Shown one piece after another: positions 18,471 to 31,964 of a stretch of 64,000 bases of DNA. The DNA is taken from NCBI RefSeq assembly GCF_009914755.1, contig NC_060942.1. One strand, written 5' to 3'. The notes under the pieces were generated by a model, which worked only from the letters and a program-made list of their open reading frames with translations, made no database searches and was not told where the DNA came from. The translations under genes and the position numbers were made by a program. Within the stretch, counting starts at the first letter, position 1. Each line of letters starts with the position of its first letter. Source of the stretch: the human T2T-CHM13v2.0 reference genome, Homo sapiens.

Positions 18471-19106
18471 AGATGTGATCCTCATTATTGGCAGATTTGA
18501 TATTTGCAAATTTGCATACTCAATAATGTTTATTGGTAATCCCTAAATCAATACTCATGGTGCTTTCCTGGTCATTCTCAGATATGTACAGAGCAGTAAA
18601 AAATCTGAGTTGTTCAACATGCTTGTTCCCAGCTGAGGTTGAACAGGACTATGTTCTGCCTTGTTTCAGCGCTCATACTGTAAACAAGTGTCCTTTCAAA
18701 GTCTCTGTAGTGCCACGTTTTTCACATTTTTGTGCCTTTTGTTGGTGATTTTGCCATTTGAAATGGCCTCTGAGCATAGTATGAAAGTGCTGTCTAGTGT
18801 TCCTAAGTGCAAGAAAGCTATAATGTGCCTTACCCAGAAAATATATGTGTTAGAGAAGCTTCATTCAGGCATGAGTTACGGTGCTATTGGCTGTGAATTC
18901 AATGTTAATGAATCAACACTACATATGAAATAAGGTGTCTTTAAACAGAAACACACATAAAACAAGGTTGATGAAAACATTGTGACCAGAGGCTCATAGA
19001 AACTTAACCCTTTATTTCCCCTGGGGGCAATGGCTCAGTACCCACCAATTGAGTGTTTGTGGTAACTTTATAGCACATAGCTATCATTAATAATAACAAT
19101 CAATTG
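18471..19106 (+). mobile_element. TcMar-Tigger non-autonomous DNA transposon (MER82-like)
   Basis: gttcccagctgaggttgaaca and gtgctgtctagtgttcctaagtgcaagaa match the recalled MER82 consensus. ORF 18661-18933 ends in a Tigger/CENP-B-like HTH remnant. Confidence 0.8.
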
Positions 19107-19544
19107 CATGCATGTACGTATGTGTATACATATATATAAATGTATGTGTGCATACGAATGTATATATATACACTTAGGTATTATTTTTTGTTTTTACAAA
19201 ATTGCTGATAAATTTGTCAGAGAGTGCATGAATGGGGCTCTTTTGAATTGAGAGTCAGACTTGTGAGTTGGACTTTCTGGAACAAGGCCAGTATGTTGGG
19301 GGCCGGGAATCACATTTATAAAGAGATTATTTTAAGTTGTCCTTGCAGTAAATAATTTTAATACTAGCTGCTCTCTGAGTAGTGGCAAGAAGAGGAAATT
19401 GATCTTGTCCTAGTCCCTATTTTGAGAGATTGGTCTCTAAAGCCTCTCATTGCTGCAAGGAAAATCCTAGATTTAACAGATGGATTGGATGAAAAAGAAG
19501 AATCCATAGCATGACTTTGAAAGTCTTAGGCATAAAAGATATGA

Positions 19545-19752
19545 CAGTACCTGGACTCTAGAACCAGGTTGCTTGTATTTGAAGTTAATCTCTGTCATTT
19601 AACGAGCTGAGTGACCTTGGGGAATTTTCTTAGCCTCTCTGTGCCTCCCCTGTAAAATGTGTACCTACCTTATAGAGTTAGGAAGACAAAACGCAAAAGC
19701 TCTCAGCACAATGCCTGGTACGAGGCATGTGCTAGTCCAATATTAACTCTTA
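19545..19752 (+). mobile_element. MIR
   Basis: gactctagaaccag...gtgaccttggggaattttcttagcctctctgtgcctc...cacaatgcctggtac. Confidence 0.75.
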
Positions 19753-20439
19753 TTAACATTAGTAATCTTCAAAGCTTCCCTCAATCTCAATCATAGGACC
19801 ATGAATTCACTCAGTAGACACTGACTGATCATGTTCTACGTCTTAACAACTTGGTAAGCTAATAGCTGACTATAGATATATGTAGATAATTTTGTGGATC
19901 TGTGGATATATAGATATTTTAAACTCTCCTATGCAGTTACTCCAAGGAAGAGACTGTCAACAATGGATGATACAGTTTCTCATTTTTTGCTTTGCCCAGG
20001 GAGCCAGCGGGGAGTGCCATTGGTGAAGGCAGACATACCATCCACTGTGTGGGTGAAGGAAACTCTGGCCAGCAGAGATCCAGGAGGAGGCACCCAGCAA
20101 TGGAATGCAAGGCACCAGGGATTCTGTGCAGGAGCAGCAAGAGTATCTCCTGGGGAGCCTGGGAGGTTCTGAGCCCTGGACTGAAGGGCAGCCTGAAACC
20201 TCAAGAGACCACAGTAATATTACCATCTCCATCAGAACTAACCCTTGCTAAATGCTGATGTGCACAGGGCCCGGTGCCAGGTGCTGCCTATCAGAAATCT
20301 GAGCTACCTATTTGCAAAAACCTTCATAGTATTGATTGCTGCTGGCTGTGGAGATAGCAAGGGGGAAATGACCAAAGAGGTTAACACAAGGGCTTCGGAG
20401 ATATTGATAATGTCTTTTTAAAATTATTATTATTATTTT

Positions 20440-20572
20440 AAAAGTTTCTGAAATAGAGAAGGGGTCTTGCTATGTTGCCCAGGCTGGTCTTGAACTCCCG
20501 AGCTCAAGCCATCTGCCTGCCGTGGCCTCTCAAAGTGCTAGGATTGTAGGCGTGAGCCACCATGCCTAGCCG
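20440..20572 (-). mobile_element. Alu monomer (FLAM-like)
   Basis: Reverse left monomer; TSD gatattgataatgt. Confidence 0.82.
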
Positions 20573-20955
20573 ATATTGATAATGTTTTATTTCTTAAGCT
20601 GGATAATACCCGCACTGGGTTTTGTTTCAGTATTCTCATAGCCCACACACATATATATTAGATATACCCTTATAAGTGTACATATTTATAAGTATATGTT
20701 TTGGCTGCAAAGATAAATACCAAAATTACAGTGACTTAAACAAGTTAAAGTTATTTATCTTTCATGGAACAGTCTGAGACTAAGTGATCTTTTTCTAAAG
20801 CTCTATGATGTCACAGACTGACACCCTCTACTGCAACTTTGTGCAATATGTGGCTTCTGTCTCATTGTGGCTGATCCAGTGCCTGCCATCACGTCTAAAT
20901 TCTAGCCAGTAGTTTGAGCAAAGGTTAGAGGAAAAGCATGTTTCTTTGCTTTTAA

Positions 20956-21280
<325 letters not shown>

Positions 21281-21426
21281 CAGAAGTTACAATTCTATCT
21301 CACATCCCACTGTCTAGAACCTGGTCTCTTAGCCCCCCTTAATTGCAAAAAAATCTGAGAAATGTAGTTTTTAGCTGGGCAACAACTGATAGAGCTAAAA
21401 CATCTTTTCCTGTATAAGAAAGGAGG

Positions 21427-21720
<294 letters not shown>

Positions 21721-21869
21721 AAGGAGAGCAAATATTAGAGGGCAGAGAGCAGCCTCTGCTACAAATATATAAAAATATATAGGTGATTAATTTAAAGAGC
21801 TGAAAGTAAAAACTATACTTCCCAGTGCATTAACTATGAACTTATTTATTTAAAAATCATTATAGGCTT

Positions 21870-22182
<313 letters not shown>

Positions 22183-22584
22183 TTAAAGGAGAGTCAATAG
22201 AGAACAGAGAAGCAAACTATAAACATTGGAAGTTACTGCTAATTTATAACTAGTTTGAAATGAAGAATTAAAAGCTGTAGTGTAAATCAACCAGAAAGTG
22301 ATTTGATTTTTTTTTCTTCACTCAGGGTGGCCTTGAATAATTTGGATTTCAAAAATGCTACATGCCCACAACTCTTCAGAAACATAACTAGCACTTAAAG
22401 CTGGGAGACCTCTTGTATGTCGAAGTTAAATTGGTTCTGGACTATTCATGAGTATTGGTGCCAGGGACATGAGGTGATTATGTACGAACAAAACCCACTG
22501 TTCCTCTTCTAAATTGTCAGGCGAGATCTCGTGGAGGAGGTAGAATCTCAGGGACTGGTGGAATAGGAAAGGAGGAAGGCTGAA

Positions 22585-22892
22585 TTTCTTTCTTTTTCTT
22601 TTTTTTTTTTTTTGAGATGGAGTTTTGCTCTTTCACCCAGGCTGGAGTGAAGTGGTGCGATCTCGGCTCACTGCAACCTCCACCCCTGGGTTCAAGCGAT
22701 TCTCCTGCCTCAGCCTCCTGAGTAGCTGGGATTACAGGCGTGTGCCACCACGCCCTGCTAATTTTTACATTTTTAGAAAGAGAGGGTTTCGCCATGTTTG
22801 CCAGGCTGGTCTTGAACTCCTGACCTCAGGGGATCCACCTGCCTCGGCCTCCCAAAGTGCTGGGATTACAGGCGTGAGCCATTGTGCCCAGC
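22585..22892 (-). mobile_element. Alu
   Basis: Reverse Alu with poly(T). Confidence 0.93.
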
Positions 22893-23369
22893 TGGGAGCT
22901 TGAATTTCTATTCAGCCCTAGAGCAGTGCGTGAGAGAAGGCTTGAGGGAGAAGAGAAGCCATAGGTGGGACAGGAAGGAGGGTCAAGTGAGGTGCAGGTG
23001 CCAGGATTTTGAAAGTAGAGAATGAAGACTATTAAATAGTGAGTAGAAAGTCTGATGCCAGTTAGAGAATTCATTTACAGTTCCAATGTGAGGGGACAGC
23101 CCTCAAGCACCTGCTTCCCAAGAGACCTACAGCAGTCTAAGTAAAAGGTTGCCAGGGCCTGGGGAGAGTGTGCCACAGGCCCAAAGACAGTGAGGGTATT
23201 ATTGTAAGTGAAAGCAATCAACAATGCCCTGGGATGTGGCAATAGGTTGTGATGCTGGTGAGTGGGAATTACTATTTGATGGCATATCAACGAGGCTGGT
23301 GATATCATGTCTCAACATCAGAGAAGTGAGTGGCAAGGTTATGGGGAGTGTGCTATATATTTTCATGTA

Positions 23370-23790
<421 letters not shown>

Positions 23791-24695
23791 GTTTTGAGCT
23801 GACATTCTAGTGTTCCAGCCTAATTTTATTATTTTGGGTTCCACTTTAATGCCCCAAATCTAATTACAATTTACTTTAGCAGATTCAGTCATGACTTGGC
23901 CCTCATAGCATGCAACAGTGATCTCTCTGTCTGAAGAGGTTTTCATCCTTGAGGTCAATTTTCCAGTGAATACACTTGGAGGTTTGATCATTTCTTTCTC
24001 ATTGACACTCCTTATCTTTTGTTCTAAAAGGCATATTTTTGCATCTACATTTTTAGTATAATTTTATAGTTAAAAGATCTTTGGCTGCATTAGAATCCTG
24101 CCAACCTCTCTGCTTTCTTGCTGGCACTTCACACTAAGGCTCCAGTTAATTATCTTTGCTGCTTCTCACTTCCTAAACCTTGTCTGATTAAGTCATTTCT
24201 CAAAACTCAGTCAGGTGAGTTTTACGACTGCTCCAGGAAGCCTTCTCTGGTTGCACTCCAACAGTCCCCTGATTTCTCTCTACAGTGGCACTTGCCACCT
24301 GGTGTGACGATTTTCTGTAATCTTGTCTGTCTCTCCTGCTTATCTGGGAGCAGCTTGAGGGCAGGGCATTGTCAAGCATCTTTGCTTCCCTAGTACCCAC
24401 CATAGTGTTTGTCTCAGCAGGATCAAGGAGTTTGACCAAATAAAACAAACACAAACTTACTTGCACTATCACCTAGGGACAGACAGGGTGAGTTGATGAT
24501 TGCAAATAATTCCCTATAGGAAATGTCTGATATTCTTGAAAGCTTTTTCTCGTCTTTTCTTTTTAGTTTTGATCACCCTCCTACCTCACTTCTTTGAGGC
24601 CTTGGTACCTCCTCTCTTCCCCTTAAAAAGTGGCCTGAAATAGAAGTTTGTGTTTTTGCTTATTTATCAAACATCTCAAAAACCCTGTATGGTGA

Positions 24696-25040
<345 letters not shown>

Positions 25041-26399
25041 CAGGAGTAGAGATATTAAGGAACATGCCCAAGATCACACAACTAAAGAGAAACAGCAAGA
25101 TGCATATCTGGGATTTGAACCCATGCCTCCATAACTGGTGCTTAATCTAGCTCCAGGTGCAGAGGTGCAGCCAGCTGCTGCAGCAGTTACACTGGATAGA
25201 CTTTTCCCCATGCACCTAGCCTTTTGCACTTCTGCCCAAAGCATGCTGAGCTCTGGACAGAAAGATGACTGAAATGTAAAGGTTGACAGCTTTGTGGATC
25301 CACACTGTGGTTTTTGGCTAGAGTTTGCTGGGCACTGGTAGTCAATCTTTAAAAATGGTATAATAGTCACACTTTTTTTGTTGGATAATTGCATATCTTT
25401 AATTTGTGGTATTATAAACAGCAGTAATCTAGCTTAAGAGTAGCCAGAAAAAGTTATTTGATATCCATTAAGTCAGGTTTCTATCTTTATCCACCTCTGT
25501 AGGGGTGAATATTATTATGGCCAGGAAAAAGCAACATTGTAATATACTCTAAAGGGTGTCTCTTGAGTGGATAGATTAAAAATAAAAATCCCTTCTGAAG
25601 AAGGTAGGCAACTACTCTGCTTCCTTCCCTAATAGGTTAATACAATTTTCCCCTTAGGTATTATGACAATTTGGCTCTCTGTAGGACATGAACATTAAAG
25701 GGGGGGGAGGGGAATCATACCTTTCTTAGTCCATAGACTTAGAATAGTGATTAAAAAAAAATACCTACTTAAACTGCTGCCACCTAAAATGTGTACCTTA
25801 GTCAGAAAACTCTGATAGTTCAAGATAAATGAAAACATTAGCTCATGCAAAAGAATTGCTTATTTGGTAAGTATGAAGTCCCTTTAGAGTAATCATTGAG
25901 AATAAGGGCGTCCATCCTCAGTGATTGCTTTTGGTCAGCGTTCTATGGTTGAGTGGGCTTATATTCGCAGGCAAAGAATAAACAATTTAGATAGCATCTT
26001 CTATCAGAAGACATTTCAGTGGTTTGAAAATTTGACTCTAAGTTAACTGTTCAGCCTTTGGAAATGGATCATCCCTTTTGTTTAGCCCACTGGTGTAGTA
26101 TTTAGATTAATGTGTAAGTTTGTATTTAACCTGACAGAAACCAAAGAGCCAGATCAGCCACATGCTAGTGGTCTTTCTGGGGCCCTGATGGACGTACATG
26201 CAGGAAAGGGGACCCAAGTCATTAGTTCGTGATTAATGTTTGTAGAAAGTAATATTTTTACCATTTTATGTATGGAGCAACTGAGACACGAAGAGGTTAA
26301 GTGTCTTGCCCTTGATTACAAGGCTGTTTAGTAGTCCAGGAAAATCTAGCACTTATGCATGCACATTGACCACAATTTTGCATCCAATTCTCTCTCTCT

Positions 26400-26402
26400 G
26401 TT

Positions 26403-26433
<31 letters not shown>

Positions 26434-26855
26434 GAGACAAGGTCTCACTCTGTCACCCAGGCTGGAGTGCAGTGATCTCGGCTCACTGCAACCTCCACCT
26501 CCTGGGTTCAAGTGATTCTTCCACCTCAGCCTCCCGAATAGCTGGGACTAAAGGCACACGCCACCATGCCTGGCTAATTTTTGCTGTTTTTATAGAGACA
26601 GGGTTTCACCATGTTGGCCAGGCTGGTCTCGAACTCGAACTCCTGACCTCAGGTGATCTTCCTGCCTCAGCCTACCAAAGTGTTGGGATTATAGGCATGA
26701 GCCACTGCACCTGGCCTTTTTTTTTTTTTTTTTTTTTGACTGTGGGCTTTGCTCTGTTGCCCAGGCTGGAGTGCAGTGGTGCAGTGGTGTAATCATAGCT
26801 CACTGCTGCCCCGAACTCCTGGGCTCAAGCGATACTTCCATCTCAGCCTCTTGAA
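26400..26855 (-). mobile_element. Alu plus partial AluJ
   Basis: Reverse Alu 26400-26716 followed by a partial right arm. Confidence 0.88.
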
Positions 26856-28214
26856 TCCTCACCAATTCTATTTTGTGAGTTACAGTTCCTGTACTTGCCC
26901 ACAGGCAGGTTACAGGCTAGAAGTGAGAACTGAAACAAGAGGATGTTGACAATCGCTTTCAAGGGGAAGGGACCTACCCAGGCTTGCTATGGATAACAGA
27001 GTTGACACAGGGGCTGATGTTCCCCCTGGGCCTGGCCCTCTTGGACCCTCTGGCTCTCCACTGACCCCCAAAGGCTTCTGTCCATGAGGATTCAATCAGC
27101 CTCGGGACGGCTGGCTGGGCTGGGGGGCAGGAGGGCTGTAAATCTGGGAGAGCTGCAAGTATTCAGGGTCTTGAACTTTATCAGGTTTGAATGTGTGATT
27201 GTGAAAGTAAAGAGCAGAGAAATGACAGCACTCAGTAAATCAAACGTAGAGAAGATCAGAACTGTCAAAGACAAGAGAAAAACAGGCTCTGGGCACAAAT
27301 CGGGCAGAAAAACTGCAGGGACGGGAAGACTTTTATGTTCCCTCCAGACTTTGCCTTCTGAAAGACAAATCTATTTCCCTGTCATTTTATCTAGAGAAGA
27401 GTATTCTTTGTTACATCCCATAAATTCCTTTTTAAAGTTTTCATTATGAAGGTTTAGATCTTCTTTTAGAAGATAGGGTGCTATAAGAAAAAAAACAAAA
27501 CAAAACAGAAAATCAGTTGAAAAATGACTGGAATGGCCTAGATTTTTTCCCTATCAATAATGTGTTCCCTAGCTTCTCAGAGATCTTTCTTTTTTTCTTC
27601 CTTCCAAAAAAATATGATTAAAGTATAATAAATCTGCATATATAACAAAACCAAATTGAAGAGTAAAAGGCATAAGAGAAGTCTGAAGTTAGATGATCAG
27701 GTCACTTTAATTAGTTCTTCCCCCACCCCCCGCCCCTGCTAATATCTAATGCCAGTCCTCAAGGTTGCCCTTCTTAGTGGTCTCTTAATTCACTCCTGTC
27801 TACTGCCAGAAAGAGGTTCCCAGGAAGGGGTGCTGCTGGGACAGGGATTCTTTTGTTGGAGCAGAGGAGGAGCCTCAAGATTACTGTCTTTGTCCTGTAG
27901 AAGATATTGCAGAAGATCTGTTGCTGGCATTTGCAAGGGGAACAAGGGATGTCTCCTCTTCAAAGGAACCAAAGACAAGTAAAGAACCTATGTTTGTCTC
28001 ACCCTTCACCTCCTTTCCTACCATAATGCAATAAATAAAGTCCTCACTGCTGGTACATAGAAAAGGCTTGAGACCTCTGGTGAATCACAGGTCCCAACTG
28101 AATGAGTGCTCAAAGAAGTTATTTACTGGGAATTAATCTTGCTCCTGGGGACAGTTGGGCCAAACAAGAAATCGAAATTTGGTGTAGTATATGAAAGTCT
28201 ACTACAATAGATAT

Positions 28215-28440
28215 TAGTAATAACATTTATATAGCACTTACTATGTGCCAGGTACTATTAGCAGTTTACATGTAAGAAATCTTTTCATCCTCTTAGCAAT
28301 CCCGTAATGGGAGTACTTTTATTATCCCCATTTTGCAGATGAAGAAACTGTGGCACAGAGAGGTTGGGCTATTTGCCATGATCACATAGCTAGTAAATGG
28401 TGGCATCAGGATTGAAACCCAGGCAGCCTGGCCCAGGGTC
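28215..28440 (-). mobile_element. MIR, near full length
   Basis: agcacttactatgtgccagg...attatccccattttgcagatgaagaaactgtggcacagagagg...attgaaacccaggcagcctg. Confidence 0.88.
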
Positions 28441-30039
28441 CTGCGCAGGCCCAATGGCTTCTGGAAATTCTCTCAGTGTATGAGCCACTCCTTTCTTTTC
28501 AAACCCGCTGGGTTGCCTAGAGGGCAATCTAGACTTTTCTAGAGAAGGGAAAAAGACTCGGTCATCTCCTTCCATCTTGGAAAGTGGGATTTTGCCTAAC
28601 CGGCTTTACAGAGGTGCCAACCTTCTAGACTGTAAACACTTCAAAACTAGGAGCTAACTCTTCTCTTTCTTCCTCGTGCAGTGCATACTCAGTATGCCTT
28701 GGGCAAGTGGCAGGGAACTGGAGGACTGCATCCTGGTAGACAAGCCTTTGGTCCTAATTCTCTGCATATTTGCAACATAGCTGTATGGAGAGGTCATATT
28801 TCTGGGTTATTTTTTTGTTTGTTTCTTGGGCACTTTCTGCCCCTTTAATTGACTCAAAGTGGGGCATTTGTAATTCAGCAAGTCTCCAAAAGCTGATTTC
28901 TTCTTTTTCTTGCTTCCCTTTAGCCATCCCTGTCCCACGCTTTTTGGTTTTGAAAAAACAAAACCAAAAAACTACTGAACAGTCAGGAAGGTCTTTGAGC
29001 TGAGACAGCCCAGGGACGGTCGTATTTGGACCCTGGCCCTAGAACTGGCATGGCCTGCACACCTTGTGATACCAGCAAAATCCAGGAAGAGCCTAGGTCC
29101 TCCCTGCCTAGTGGGTTGGGCATTTCTCCATCTCTTTCACCTTCTTGGGAGCAGAAATATTCCCTTTTCCTCTGATGCTCTAATTTTTCCCCTCCCCAGA
29201 GGCTGGTGGGGTACGGATCAGATAGGACGTATGATTTTTGGCATTCACCTTATTTGGAAGGGATAACAAAAAAAGAGAGGCATCTTCCACTTCCCAGCCT
29301 AGTGTGAGGGGACAGACAGCAGACCCTGGGCTGCCTTTTGGAATTGAGAGTCCTGCTCCCAGCATCTGCCAGAGAACACACTGGGGGAGGCAGAAGACTT
29401 GGGAAAGCCCTCTGCAGGGAAGACAAGGGGTCTCATCTGAAACTTACCCCCACCCCATCACCTCCTTGTCCTATTTCAAAAAGGTAGAAAAGGTTTATGC
29501 TGGTCTGGAATATGGACTCTTTTTACTTAAGGGGAGGAGAAAACTTCAAAAACATCACAACTGACTCCCCAAGCCCACTTTTTAGTATCCAGGATCAGGA
29601 AACTGGATCTTCCCTGCCGTCACCCGTTGGTGAAAGGGAAGGGATCACTCCAGGGGCAGAGCCTCAGCCCAGCTGGCAGCCCTAGGCTTTATGTAGTGGT
29701 GCCAGTAGCAATTAATAATGATAATAAATACCACACTTCAAACCAAACCCAAGCCGAGGGATGACTGAATGACTGGACCTCTGCCTCCCACCTGCGTGCG
29801 GTTACTCTGCGAGTCCACACCTTCCCTGGCAGCCTCAGTTCCACCCACCACCTTCAGCCTGGGGTTCAAAGGGAGCGCTGCCCCAGGACCAGCGACGTGG
29901 ACCAGCACACTGCCCCTTAGCAGACCTACAGGGAGTGGGATGGTAGGTGGGGGCAGTTTGGTTTTATCTTTATTATTTAGTATCAGAAAATAATCAAAAC
30001 GGAGTGGTAATTTCGGCCCCCTGAGCTTGGCTTAGTTTT

Positions 30040-31640
30040 TCCGCGAAGTGCACGGGGGCCGTTTTAGGATACCCAGCTCCCACCTGGAGCTCCAGAGCTC
30101 CCGGGGACCCCCTTGTCCGCCCGTCTCCTAGGGCCTGGCACTCCCTGGCCCCGCAGCCCGGGGACCTCCACCTTCCCCAGGCGGCAGCCACAGGTCCCGC
30201 CGGGCCCGTCCGAGGTCTGCGGCCGCCGAAGTCGGGGTCTCAGGGCGTCAGGGAGCAACCAGGCCGCGGGGAGGGAGGCCGGCGCCGGCGCGGAATTTCT
30301 TTATCGGGATTTGAGAGCCGCAAGCTTCTCCTTCGCTTCTTTAAGCGATCACGGAAAGACACCTTTCGATCTTTTGTCAGACATCTTGGCCCTTAATAGC
30401 TAAATTTATTTGGTTTAAAGCGGCCACGGGAGAAGCAGGGAGGGAAAATCTTTCGTCGGTCATTGGGTGGCCTAGATAACAGGCTTGGAGAGAGAGCGGA
30501 GAAGAAAGTAAAAAGGTTAATGGATGAGGGGAGGGCTGGAGGCGCCCGGCGTGGGGCTTTTACGGCGACCCTCCCCCGGCCGCCCCCTTATCGCAGCCCG
30601 AACTTACCCGCGGCGCAGCGAGTACATTAAGTCACGTAAACAGCGCGGAGAGGAATGCCACCGCGGTGACCTTTCGTGCGCCGCCGCCGCTAGCCCACCT
30701 CCGCGCCGTGCTGGCGGCCGCCGGCGGCGCACGGGGGTCGGCCGGGGGCTGCGCCGGGCAAGGGGCCTCCGGGCCGGGCCTGGCCTGCGCAACGCGCCGG
30801 GCCTCGATTCCGACCGCCCGGGGACCCCGGCGCTGGCTCCGCGCGGTCCTTCCCCGAAGTGGCCGCCGGCGGGAGCCGGCGCTGGGGGTGGGGGCGACCT
30901 GCAAGTTTCCGCCGCCACCACCTGACGTTTCTAAAGAGTGTTTTTGGTTTCCCGAGATTTAAACTTAAAGAAAATCACCGCCAGGACTCTGGTCGACGGC
31001 CTACCGTGCAGTGCGGCCGCTGAGTGGGGGACACGCCGCCCGGAACCCACCACTGGCCCCAGACGCTGGCAGGGGTGGGGGGCTCTGAGGTGACCCCGGG
31101 TCCTTGGGTAAAAGCGTCCCAGAGACGGGAAGAAATATGGTATAAGCGAGAAGGCCTCATAAATCTGGGCTGTTAAAAATCTAAGTTAAAAATATGTTTT
31201 AAGTCAGAAATGCATTCTTTTTCCTTATGAAACATCGCCGAAGCAGCCAGTTTTGTGACAGGATCGTAAAATGAGCGTGAGTTTGCGGGGGTGGAGGTGC
31301 ACGGGGACGCGGGTCCTTGCTGGGTCTCGCCGCTCCTCCGGAAGCGGCGCAAGACTGGGTCCCCAAACACCCTTCCCGTTTGGCAGCCAAGCCCCCGCCC
31401 CCTGCCCAATTGGCTGCAGGGTTCTGGGTGGATTCGAATCGCGAATAGTGGTGTGGCGCGGCCGAAATAAATCAACCCTGGGGACAGGCCGCGCCCGGGA
31501 GCCAGCCCTCTGTGAGGGTAAGGGGGACGACTTGCCCAGGAGGGGCCGCTCATTGGGTCGAAACAGTCCGGAGAGAACAGTTTCGTTCAAGATTAGCAAA
31601 TCCCGAAAGAGGAGACATGCGAGGGTGAAAGAAAAAAAAA
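30040..31640. promoter_or_regulatory. Upstream CpG island
   Basis: Very high GC and CpG density, no Alu. Confidence 0.88.
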
Positions 31641-31964
31641 AAGGAAAGGAAGGAAAAGAAAAAATATATATCCCCACGAAGAAAACAATAACTTTTAAGA
31701 GCTGTCCGCGTACTTTGGACACTAGTGGGGGCCTTCTCCCCAGCTCTTGGGTTTCTCCCTAGTTTGGGGTGCACCTCTTCCCTCCAAACTTCCTAATTTG
31801 CCGGCCTTCCAGACCAGCTGGGGCGCGCCCAGGAAGCTCCACGCGCGGGTCTGGGGCTCATGGGAGTGGCTTTGAAAACATGCTTGTCTTCCCCAGAGCG
31901 GTCCCTAGCGCCAAAGATGCATTGGGGAAAAGGCACATTGGAGACGTCAGGCAGCCTGGTTTTC

